DNA from: Bdellovibrionales bacterium
GTDB lineage: Bacteria; Bdellovibrionota; Bdellovibrionia; Bdellovibrionales; JAUICD01
Direction: 5' to 3'
NCBI GenBank assembly: GCA_965197425.1
Contig: CBDANC010000014.1
Coordinates: 160,001-224,000 of the forward strand
DNA: 64,000 nt
Under the pieces are notes generated by a model that had not been told where the DNA came from, did not search any database, and worked only from the letters and a program-made list of their open reading frames with translations. Position 1 is the stretch's first letter; each line of letters begins with the position of its first letter. The position numbers were made by a program, and so were the translations under genes. Below, in pieces: positions 9,858-18,708 of this stretch.

Positions 9858-10535
9858 CTAAGAACATCTCTTTATGATGCTATCTACTGCATTTTTTGAA
9901 ACAATCACACGGTTATATTTTAGTAAGTCATACACATTAAGCCCATCTACAGAATAATACCTGATATTACGTATATTTTTAGAAGCTCTCTTAAATGTAT
10001 GGTCCACATCTTTATCTATTAAAACTGCCTTCTCACTACCCATATTCTTTAATTTAAGAGCAACCTCTTTGGTTTTTGGTTTATCTATTTTTATTTCATT
10101 CACAACATGTAATCTATCACTCTCAAGCAAGTGAGATAATGCAGATACAAGACCAAGCCTCTTTATTTTTTTAGGCAAAGTATAGGAATAATCTCTGGGA
10201 GTAGGACCAAATGTAACACCACCACCTTCCATAAGAGGAGATCTTATAGAACCCTGTCTTGCATTCCCTGTTCCCTTTTGTCTAAACGGTTTCTTACCCC
10301 CACCAGATACTTCACTTCTATCTTTTGTCTTGTGACATCCTCTGCGTCTTTTGGCTAACTGCCACTTAACCACTGAGTGCATAACAGGCTTATTAACCCT
10401 GGCTCCAAATATATCCACAGGTAACTTTACACTATCTACCTTTTTTTTATTCCAATCCAAAACATCCACTTGTATGGACTGCGCCTTATTATTTTTTTTG
10501 GTTGCCTTATCTTTTTTAGTTACCTTATCAGCCAT
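9858..10535 (-). CDS. rplD: 50S ribosomal protein L4
   Basis: RSEVSGGGKKPFRQKGTGNARQGS. Confidence 0.98.
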   Translation of the reverse strand: MADKVTKKDKATKKNNKAQSIQVDVLDWNKKKVDSVKLPVDIFGARVNKPVMHSVVKWQLAKRRRGCHKTKDRSEVSGGGKKPFRQKGTGNARQGSIRSPLMEGGGVTFGPTPRDYSYTLPKKIKRLGLVSALSHLLESDRLHVVNEIKIDKPKTKEVALKLKNMGSEKAVLIDKDVDHTFKRASKNIRNIRYYSVDGLNVYDLLKYNRVIVSKNAVDSIIKRCS

Positions 10536-10556
10536 ATAAATTCCCTAAATCAAGTC

Positions 10557-11357
10557 CTAAGCACTAGCCTGATTTGTCAAATTAACCTGTTTTTCTAATT
10601 TAACCAGAGTGTTTCTGGCTCCAGGGATTCCACCTTTTACTAACAAAACATTGTCATCCGGTAAAACTTCTGCAACTTTGACATTTCTTACTGTAACTGT
10701 CTTAAAACCAAACCTACCTGGCATGCTTTTTCCCGGCAATACCCTACCTGGTTCTTCACACATTCCAACGGATCCTGGTTTTCTGTGAAACCTAGATCCA
10801 TGAGAAGCAGGGCCCCCACTAAATCCATACCTTTTCACAGTACCAGTAAACCCTCTACCCTTGGATTTGGAGGTTATTTTTACAATATCCCCCTTCTTTA
10901 AACTATCTATTGATACCTTTGCTCCTGGCTCGATACCATCCAGGGAGCTACACCTTATCTCTTTTGCAAATTTAACTGCATTAGTAAGTTTAGATTTTTT
11001 TAAATGACCAGCTTCTGACTTTTTCAAATTGGATTTTTTACCAGATACAATTTGAACAGCACTATAACCATCTTTTTCGTCAGACTTAACCTGAGAGATC
11101 ACCCAGTCATCAAACTTTAAAACAGTAACCGGCACCATGGCACCTGCAGAATCATATACAACAGACATACCTAGCTTTACCGCATAAAGACCATTTAATT
11201 GCACGGTTTTAGGCCCTACCTTAGATTTTGGCTCTTCAGATTTTTCGGATTTTGATTTTGCAGAATCAGTATCTTCCGACTCAGATACTTGAGAACCTTC
11301 TGTGGGGTCTTGATAGCCCTCTTTATTATCTTCAGATGTTTTGCTCTCCAAATTCAT
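10557..11357 (-). CDS. rplC: 50S ribosomal protein L3 with a long charged N-terminal extension
   Basis: DGYSAVQ, SKGRGFTG..KRYGF..GPASHGS...HRKPGS. Confidence 0.97.
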   Translation of the reverse strand: MNLESKTSEDNKEGYQDPTEGSQVSESEDTDSAKSKSEKSEEPKSKVGPKTVQLNGLYAVKLGMSVVYDSAGAMVPVTVLKFDDWVISQVKSDEKDGYSAVQIVSGKKSNLKKSEAGHLKKSKLTNAVKFAKEIRCSSLDGIEPGAKVSIDSLKKGDIVKITSKSKGRGFTGTVKRYGFSGGPASHGSRFHRKPGSVGMCEEPGRVLPGKSMPGRFGFKTVTVRNVKVAEVLPDDNVLLVKGGIPGARNTLVKLEKQVNLTNQASA

Positions 11358-11367
11358 AAATACTCCA

Positions 11368-11688
11368 CTAAACCACAGATAATTTTATTTCAACATCTAT
11401 ACCAGCAGATAGATCCAGCTTCATCAGCTGATCCACAGTCTGTTGAGTAGGTTCTAAAATATCCAAAAGCCTCTTGTGCGTTCTGATTTCGAACTGTTCC
11501 CTAGATTTTTTGTCCACATGAGGAGATCTCAATACTGTGTATCTATTGATGTTTGTAGGTAAAGCAACAGGCCCTGATACACCAGCACCAGTCCTTTTAA
11601 CTATATCCACGATATCCCTAGTGGATCTGTCCAATAACCTATGATCAAAGGCTCTTAGACGTATTCTTATTTTCTGACTCTGTTGCAT
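11368..11688 (-). CDS. rpsJ: 30S ribosomal protein S10
   Basis: [30 protein letters not shown]. Confidence 0.99.
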   Translation of the reverse strand: MQQSQKIRIRLRAFDHRLLDRSTRDIVDIVKRTGAGVSGPVALPTNINRYTVLRSPHVDKKSREQFEIRTHKRLLDILEPTQQTVDQLMKLDLSAGIDVEIKLSVV

Positions 11689-11951
11689 ACCAAACCCAGA
11701 GGGGAAAACAAACCCCTACTATTCTTCCTAAAAACAATTTCCAAAGTTAAAACAAGCCCCAGACCAGAGGCAAGCCACCTATGGATACTAAGACCTTTAA
11801 AACACCAAAATCAATCTATATACCAAACAAACAACCTATTAAACCAAACCCATTTGCACAAAAATCACCCAAATGTACATCAAGTCCTATCAATACAACG
11901 CCGTAATAATCAAACCAATGCACAACATTAGCTCACATGGTGATGTGAGCT

Positions 11952-11988
11952 GGGGCGGAGTATAGGCTTAAGATTATAAATTGGTCAA
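11952..11988 (-). promoter_or_regulatory. Probable sigma70 promoter of the S10 operon with a GC-rich discriminator
   Basis: Minus strand TTGACC-N18-TATACT-CCGCCCC, followed by the palindrome AGCTCACAT-N4-ATGTGAGCT (about 11930-11951). Confidence 0.6.
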
Positions 11989-12002
11989 TAAAAAATTTCT
12001 GC

Positions 12003-14054
12003 TCAAGCTCCAAACAGTATTTGAGACTCTAATTTCTCCGGCAGTCTTTCGAAATGGCTTACTTTCATTGAAAAGCTTCCTCTACCAGATGTAAGCGATC
12101 TCAAGGTCGTAGCGTATCCAAACACCTCGCTTACTGGCACATAGGCATTTATTACCTGCATATTACCTACCTCCTCCACATTGTTGATTCTTCCTCTCTT
12201 GGAGTTGAGATCCCCCACCACAGATCCTAAAAAATTTTTCGGCACTGTTACTTCCATACTGGACACTGGTTCCAGTAAATGTGGGTTTCCAAGTTCCATG
12301 GCTTTTTTAGTAGCCCTAGAAGCTGCAACTTTCAGAGCAAGTTCTGTTGGCACAAAATCGCTATCCTCTCTTGAATCCAATAAAGTTACAGTGGTAGAAA
12401 TCACTTTATTTCCAGCCAATGATCCATTTTCTAAAGCCTCCTCTATACCTTGTACTGCAAATGAGGCTCCGTCTTTAGTAAACTTACTGTTGTTTACTAT
12501 TTTGTTTTTATCTTCATTATTTGCCTCTACCTTTACCTCAACTGTAGCCATGTGATTTTCTGTACCTATAAGACGCTCAAAATGATATTTAGAAGTAGCC
12601 TTAGTAGTAACACATTCTCTATATGAAACTTGCGGCTTACCTCTGTTGACCTTTACTCCAAACTCCCTATCCAATCTATCTAAGACAATTTCTATGTGAA
12701 GTTCTCCCATTCCAAAAACAAGCATTTGCCCTGTATCTTGATTTTCTTTAAAGGAAAAAGAAGGATCTTCATCTTGAATTTTTTTTAAGCATTCACCTAA
12801 TTTTTTTTCATCATTTGAGGTTTTAGGCTCTATAGCCTGAGAGATAACTGGCTCTGGAAAACCAATTGGCTCTAGCAATACATGAGTTTTTCGGTCACAC
12901 AGAGTGTCTCCAGTTTTTGTCCACTTCAACCCAACAACAGCCCCTATATCTCCAGCCTTTAGCACATCCGTCTCTGTCCTTGAGTTTGCATGCATTTTCA
13001 AAATTTTGGCTACTCGTTCTTTTCTATTGGAAGTTGTGTTTTCCAAAGCCTGCCCTACTTTTAAAATTCCGGAATATACTCTCAAATAAGTCAACATCCC
13101 AGCGAATGGATCAACTTGTAGTTTAAATGCCAAAGAAACCACTGGTTCACTGTATGAGGCTTTACACAAAACTTCTTTTCCATTTTTATTTAATCCCGAA
13201 ACACCTTTCACATCCAAGGGGCTTGGCAGATAATCTGTAACAGCATCTAATACAAGTTGAACTGACTTGTTTTTTAGTGCACTTCCACAAAATACAGGGA
13301 ACACCTTTTGTTTAATAGTTCCAGCTCTTATTGCGGCCTTAATTTGACAAGCTTTTATTGGAGATTCCGATAAATATGCCTCCATTAACTCATTATCAAA
13401 TTCAGAAACTTGCTCCAGCAGATCATTTTTCAACTGCTCTGCCTTTTTAACATACTGAGAAGGAATGTCTTTGTACTCTGGTTTTAAATCGACCCCATCT
13501 CCTTCCCATACCACTAATTTACCTGCTACCACATCCAAAACACCTTTGAAGTTATCTTCACTTCCAACAGGCCAGTGTAAGACGGCAGGAGTAACACACA
13601 ATTTTTCTTTTATTGATTCAAGGCACATTTCATAGTCAGCACCTAGTCTATCCATTTTATTTATAAAACACATCCTAGGTACATTGTACTTATCTGCCTG
13701 ATACCAAACGGTTTCAGATTGAGGTTCAACTCCATTTACAGCATCGAATACACACAATGCACCATCTAACACTCTAAGCGATCTCTCCACTTCTAGGGTA
13801 AAATCAACATGCCCCGGAGTATCTATTAGGTTGATATGGTGTGTTTTCCAAGCGCAAGTAGTTGCAGCAGAGGTAATAGTGATTCCTCTCTCTTGCTCCT
13901 GTTGCATCCAATCCATTACCGTGTTTCCGTAATGAACCTCCCCTACCTTATGACTTTTGCCGGTGTAATATAAAATTCTCTCTGTTAAAGTAGTCTTTCC
14001 GGCATCTATATGTGCCATTATTCCAAGATTTCTAATTTTACTTAAATCATCCAT
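12003..14054 (-). CDS. fusA: Elongation factor G paralogue (EF-G2-like, divergent domain IV)
   Basis: AHIDAGKTT, RGITI, DTPGH and NKMD motifs; start moved to MDDLSKIRN because the longer ORF starts inside a repeat. Confidence 0.92.
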   Translation of the reverse strand: MDDLSKIRNLGIMAHIDAGKTTLTERILYYTGKSHKVGEVHYGNTVMDWMQQEQERGITITSAATTCAWKTHHINLIDTPGHVDFTLEVERSLRVLDGALCVFDAVNGVEPQSETVWYQADKYNVPRMCFINKMDRLGADYEMCLESIKEKLCVTPAVLHWPVGSEDNFKGVLDVVAGKLVVWEGDGVDLKPEYKDIPSQYVKKAEQLKNDLLEQVSEFDNELMEAYLSESPIKACQIKAAIRAGTIKQKVFPVFCGSALKNKSVQLVLDAVTDYLPSPLDVKGVSGLNKNGKEVLCKASYSEPVVSLAFKLQVDPFAGMLTYLRVYSGILKVGQALENTTSNRKERVAKILKMHANSRTETDVLKAGDIGAVVGLKWTKTGDTLCDRKTHVLLEPIGFPEPVISQAIEPKTSNDEKKLGECLKKIQDEDPSFSFKENQDTGQMLVFGMGELHIEIVLDRLDREFGVKVNRGKPQVSYRECVTTKATSKYHFERLIGTENHMATVEVKVEANNEDKNKIVNNSKFTKDGASFAVQGIEEALENGSLAGNKVISTTVTLLDSREDSDFVPTELALKVAASRATKKAMELGNPHLLEPVSSMEVTVPKNFLGSVVGDLNSKRGRINNVEEVGNMQVINAYVPVSEVFGYATTLRSLTSGRGSFSMKVSHFERLPEKLESQILFGA

Positions 14055-14172
14055 AAAGGTCTCAGCAAGAACTGAAAGTACCTTGGCGAAATACAGCGCG
14101 AAGCACAAGTGTAGCCAAGATACTCTCAGTATCAGAGTTGCCCAGCTCTACACATGTCATCAAACTCATTCC
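14054..14172 (-). repeat. Modular element (left hairpin-B-hairpin X2-degenerate A)
   Basis: Reverse complement closely matches 45345-45441; left part matches the copy at 6779-6810. Confidence 0.9.
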
Positions 14173-14175
14173 CAT

Positions 14176-14790
14176 TCATGATCTACGAAAGATTGCATTG
14201 CTTAAAGAAACAGTGCCAGAGGCCAAAAGCACTTTTATCACCGCACCTGGAATAAAAGGAATAAGCCCCAAACTAAATGCCTTATCAAACCCAATCAAAT
14301 ACCCCAGCCACAAAAGACCTAACAAATAGACAGGAACTAAACCTAATAAAAACAAACAAACTGAACTAAAAAAGTTTTTGAACAGCCCTTTTTCAGACAA
14401 GTAACCCACAATCATAACAGACGGCACAAAGCCAATTAAATAACCCCCAGTAACCCCTTTCAAATACAAAAGGCCACTACCACCAGATGCAAAAAACGGC
14501 AACCCAAAGATTCCTAACAAAATATAGACACCAACGCTGTACAAACCAAGCCTAGCACCCAAAACATAACCCATCATCAAAACAGCAAATGTCTGCCCTG
14601 TTATGGGCACAGGAGTAAAAGGCAAAGTAATCTTAATTTGAGTTAAAGCAGCTATCGCAAAACTGGAAAACAACACTACTGCCAACTTATAGGCCAAAGC
14701 ATGAGATAAAAATTCACTACTGCCAATGTCACTATTACTACCAATGGGCATCTTACTGCTGGGGTGATTACCAATATACTTTCTCATCAT
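14176..14790 (-). CDS. bioY: Biotin transporter BioY (start uncertain)
   Basis: LPFTPVPITGQTFAV...GLPFFA.G...TGGYLIGF. Confidence 0.93.
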   Translation of the reverse strand: MMRKYIGNHPSSKMPIGSNSDIGSSEFLSHALAYKLAVVLFSSFAIAALTQIKITLPFTPVPITGQTFAVLMMGYVLGARLGLYSVGVYILLGIFGLPFFASGGSGLLYLKGVTGGYLIGFVPSVMIVGYLSEKGLFKNFFSSVCLFLLGLVPVYLLGLLWLGYLIGFDKAFSLGLIPFIPGAVIKVLLASGTVSLSNAIFRRS

Positions 14791-14910
14791 AGTTAAGGGG
14801 TTACTAAAAAACCTGGACTTGTGCAACTTTTTAGTATTACACAGGACCTTTAATCACCTTTGACCACAATGGACTTAAAAAAAGAGGGTTATCAGATTAC
14901 TATTATTACT

Positions 14911-15648
14911 ATGATACATAGGAAGATACATAGAAATTTAATTTCAGCAACTGTTGTAATATTTTTCGTCACAGTCACATCTTCTTATGTATCAAGCAGG
15001 GGGTTGTTGTTCAATTCAAACATTATTGAAGTTAAGGTTTCTTACGAAAAAGAACAGTATATAAAAAACCTATCAGCAAAACTTGAAGAAAAATTAGCCA
15101 ACAAGATAGACAAAAGTGTTTGGGAAGTTGATTTAAAAAATATCAAAGAAATACTGGATAATGAAAGTTGGATAAAGTCTTACAGCATACAAAAATACAT
15201 ACCAAATAAAATAGATATTTTACTCAACCCAAGAGATATAACAGCAGTTTATATAAAAAAAGATGGAACAACACTACCAGTAAGTAGCGATGGAGTAGTT
15301 CTTCCAAAAGGAACTTTTACAAAAACACCAGTTGCACCAATAATAAACCAAAAAAAACTTTTAGAGGAAAAAGAACTTTTAAATAAATTTTTGCAGATAA
15401 TGTCTGAGATACCGGAGCATGGAAATTTTAGCCTAGAAACAATAGAGCAAATTAGCTTAGATAAAAAACAAAACATATGGTTTCATGTCGATAAAATGAA
15501 AATTAAACTAAATGAACAAGACACCAAAAAGAAAGTCTCTAGAATTAACAGATCAATAAAATACCTAAAAACTAGAGGTATTGCAAACTGCGTCATTGAT
15601 GCTGACCTGTCACAGAAAGTCCTTGTAAGATTAAATACCCCCATTTAG
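14911..15648 (+). CDS. ftsQ: Cell division protein FtsQ/DivIB (start uncertain)
   Basis: One TM segment, POTRA-like WIKSYSIQKYIPNKIDI; directly upstream of ftsA. Confidence 0.8.
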   Translation: MIHRKIHRNLISATVVIFFVTVTSSYVSSRGLLFNSNIIEVKVSYEKEQYIKNLSAKLEEKLANKIDKSVWEVDLKNIKEILDNESWIKSYSIQKYIPNKIDILLNPRDITAVYIKKDGTTLPVSSDGVVLPKGTFTKTPVAPIINQKKLLEEKELLNKFLQIMSEIPEHGNFSLETIEQISLDKKQNIWFHVDKMKIKLNEQDTKKKVSRINRSIKYLKTRGIANCVIDADLSQKVLVRLNTPI

Positions 15649-15713
15649 CCTAATTATTAGTTCTAGGGTGTGTTGTTTTGCTCTCTGGGGCCGGGGGTTT
15701 ATACAGGGGTTAT

Positions 15714-16955
15714 ATGAGGGGCAATGAGAGTACACGGGAGCTTATAGCAGGTCTAGATATTGCGAGTACCAAGGTCAGTATGGTAGTTGCGAATGCCTTA
15801 TATTCTGGTGATGAGCAAAGGCTTGAAGTTTTAGCATCAAAGAGTGTTCCCAATTCTGGTTTAATCAAAGGCACCATAACCTCTATCAATGAAACTGTTG
15901 AGGCCATCTCTTCCTGCGTTCGCGGTATAGAGGAAGAGTGTGGAGCAAGAATATCTTCTGCTTTGGTTGGTATATCCGGTGATTACATAAGGTCTTTTGA
16001 TTCCAAGACAACTACTTTGGTTCATGATTCAGAAATTGATGGGGCTGACATAGAGAGGCTTAAAAAAGAGGCTAAGGTTATAAGCGTTCCTGGTAGGTAT
16101 GATGTTATTCATGTAGTTCCTAAAAGCTTTACGGTTGATGAGGAGGAGGGTGTAATCAATCCTGAGGGAATGTATGGCAGCAAGTTAGAGATGAGTGCTC
16201 ATATAATTACCTCCAGAAATACAGCAATAAAAAATGTTATCAAGTGCTGTAGCAAAGCAGGCTTACAAGTTGAATCTTTGATGTTATCCGGTCTTGCCTC
16301 CGGTATTTCTGTTTTAGGTGAAGATGAAAAGCAATTGGGTGTTGCTTTAGTTGATATAGGTGGCGGTACAGCTAAAATTTTAATCTATGTAAAGGGTATG
16401 TTAGTACATACTGCTGTCTTACCGGTAGGTGGAGTTAACTTAACTAATGATGTGGCTGTAGGTTTAAGAGTTAATCAAAAATATGCTGAGGAGCTGAAGT
16501 GTAGTTATGGTTATGCAATGCCCAGTCTTATAACTGACACAGAAGAAATAGAGATCCAAGATTCAAACATGAGAAAACCAAAAACCATTTCCAACATACA
16601 ACTAAGTGAAATAATAGAGCCCAGAGCAGAAGAGATTCTAAGTTTAATAAATAGGGCTTTAAATGAAAGTGGCTTTATCAACAATCTGGGTTCTGGTGTT
16701 GTGTTGACCGGTGGATCAAGTAACTTAAATGGCCTAGGTGAAATGATGGAATTTTTGTACAACATGAAAGTAAGGATTGGGATACCCTGTTATGTAGATG
16801 GAATGGATGATGAGTTAAGAAAACCTGAGTTTGCAACTGGTATGGGATTGGTGATGTATGGTTTTAAAAACAAAAAAAAGCACAAAAAGTTCTTTCTGCA
16901 CCATAAAATGTCTGGTGCTTGGAAGAAAATCAAGGGCCTTGTCAAACCCAATTAA
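15714..16955 (+). CDS. ftsA: Cell division protein FtsA
   Basis: [34 protein letters not shown]. Confidence 0.96.
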   Translation: MRGNESTRELIAGLDIASTKVSMVVANALYSGDEQRLEVLASKSVPNSGLIKGTITSINETVEAISSCVRGIEEECGARISSALVGISGDYIRSFDSKTTTLVHDSEIDGADIERLKKEAKVISVPGRYDVIHVVPKSFTVDEEEGVINPEGMYGSKLEMSAHIITSRNTAIKNVIKCCSKAGLQVESLMLSGLASGISVLGEDEKQLGVALVDIGGGTAKILIYVKGMLVHTAVLPVGGVNLTNDVAVGLRVNQKYAEELKCSYGYAMPSLITDTEEIEIQDSNMRKPKTISNIQLSEIIEPRAEEILSLINRALNESGFINNLGSGVVLTGGSSNLNGLGEMMEFLYNMKVRIGIPCYVDGMDDELRKPEFATGMGLVMYGFKNKKKHKKFFLHHKMSGAWKKIKGLVKPN

Positions 16956-16978
16956 AAATAAATTTTAAGGGAGAGAGT

Positions 16979-18298
16979 ATGTTTGAGATTGAAGAAAATT
17001 TAGATTTAGGAGCAACTATCAAGGTTTTTGGCATTGGAGGTGGTGGCGGGAATGCTGTTACTACCATGGTTCAAAGCAACCTTAATGGTGTAGAGTTTAT
17101 TGTAGCTAATACAGATAAACAAGCACTATCTAAAAGCAATGTACCCCTAAAAATACAATTAGGAGGTGAGCTTACAAAAGGCCTGGGAGCTGGTGCAGAT
17201 CCTGAAGTAGGAAAAAGAGCATGCATTGAATCTTCTAGTGAAATAGAAAACAGACTAGAAGGTGCAGATATGGTTTTTATCACCTCTGGTATGGGTGGTG
17301 GCACTGGCACTGGCGGAGCTCCTGTGGTTGCGAAAATTGCAAGAGATCTTGGGGCATTAACAGTGGGTGTTGTTACAAGACCATTTCTATTTGAAGGAAA
17401 AAAGCGAAGTTTAAATGCAATAAGAGGTATTGAAGAACTAAGAAAGGCTGTGGACACACTTATTGTGATTCCCAATCAAAAACTTTTTAATATATCTAAC
17501 GACAAAACTCCTCTTATTGATTCATTCAAAAAAGCTGATGAAGTTTTATTAAATGCGGTAGAAGGTATTTCCAGTTTAATCAACATAAATGGTTTGATTA
17601 ACCTGGATTTTGCTGATGTCAAAACTGTAATGCACAATAAAGGCATTGCTCTTATGGGTGTGGGTATGGCGAATGGAGATAGAAGAGCTATACAAGCCAG
17701 TAACCAAGCCATATCTTCACCACTTTTGGAAAATATTTCTATTGAAGGAGCTACTGGCATAATAATTAACATAACAGGTGGAAAAAACCTAAGTCTTCAT
17801 GAGGTAAATGAGGCTAGTATGTTTATCACAGAAGCCGCTTCTGACAATGCAGAGATTATTTTTGGAGCTGTAATAGATGAAACCTTAAAAGATCATGTGA
17901 AGGTTACTGTAATTGCAACAGGATTTGAATTACAAAAATCTGAGAAAACAAATGATAGTATAGGACAAAAAACAAACATAAAAATCCCTACAACAAATTT
18001 GGATTTTACGTTAGGAGATACTGACTTTGAGGATGATGCTGATATGCCACCTCCCCCACCAAGCGAAGAATTGCTAGATGAGGAAGGTTTACTAAGTGAT
18101 AGAGAAAAGTTATTGAACAAAGCTAGGGCATATAGAAACTTTCAGCACAATTCAAGTACAGCTGCGAATACTAGTACCGTAGATCCAAAAACTGGTGCCG
18201 TAGGCACAAAAAACACAGCGTCTAAAAAGAGAGGATCGATTGATTCGTTAGACATACCTACCTATATAAGAAGGCAAAAAACACAGGTGGTGGACTGA
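16979..18298 (+). CDS. ftsZ: Cell division protein FtsZ
   Basis: [16 protein letters not shown] tubulin signature, C-terminal LDIPTYIR. Confidence 0.99.
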   Translation: MFEIEENLDLGATIKVFGIGGGGGNAVTTMVQSNLNGVEFIVANTDKQALSKSNVPLKIQLGGELTKGLGAGADPEVGKRACIESSSEIENRLEGADMVFITSGMGGGTGTGGAPVVAKIARDLGALTVGVVTRPFLFEGKKRSLNAIRGIEELRKAVDTLIVIPNQKLFNISNDKTPLIDSFKKADEVLLNAVEGISSLININGLINLDFADVKTVMHNKGIALMGVGMANGDRRAIQASNQAISSPLLENISIEGATGIIINITGGKNLSLHEVNEASMFITEAASDNAEIIFGAVIDETLKDHVKVTVIATGFELQKSEKTNDSIGQKTNIKIPTTNLDFTLGDTDFEDDADMPPPPPSEELLDEEGLLSDREKLLNKARAYRNFQHNSSTAANTSTVDPKTGAVGTKNTASKKRGSIDSLDIPTYIRRQKTQVVD

Positions 18299-18708
18299 CA
18301 ATTTTTTGAGCTTATTGTAACTATTTCTTAGTTGACAATTTTGGGTAGAAAAAAAGTTGATTTTGAGGTATCTTTCAGACATCAAGCAGGCGATATATCT
18401 AAGATAATCCATAATGTTAGAGTTTCCACATCCTGACTGACATTTAAAAAATCAACTACATAGATTGAGTTTAGTTAAATAGATATTTGAATTTTATAAA
18501 TATATAAGCAATTTATGGGCAGATCTTTAGCCTCAATATGTTTTGCTTAAATTTTTTGCTTAGCAAAAAAGTATCGTTAAAAGCATGTGGTAGGGTGGGG
18601 TTGTGTATATCACTGTAATAGGTGGGAGGACTCTAAGAATTTAGAGTCTTTAGCGAAATTAAATTAAAAATTTAAGATTTTTTACTTACCTAACAAAAAG
18701 GAAGGTCC

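Noticed and set aside
11785..11800. Possible motif A (AAGACCTTTA) in the rpsJ leader
   Set aside because: An isolated 10-mer without B, C or D partners; could be chance.
4792..14329. Short plus-strand ORFs sharing a HVIKLI/HVIKLT peptide (4792, 6683, 14138)
   Set aside because: They are translations of the non-coding repeat, antisense to core genes, with no RBS support.
18299..18708. oriC in the AT-rich gap after ftsZ
   Set aside because: No clear DnaA-box cluster; only one short palindrome (GACTCTAA-N4-TTAGAGTC).
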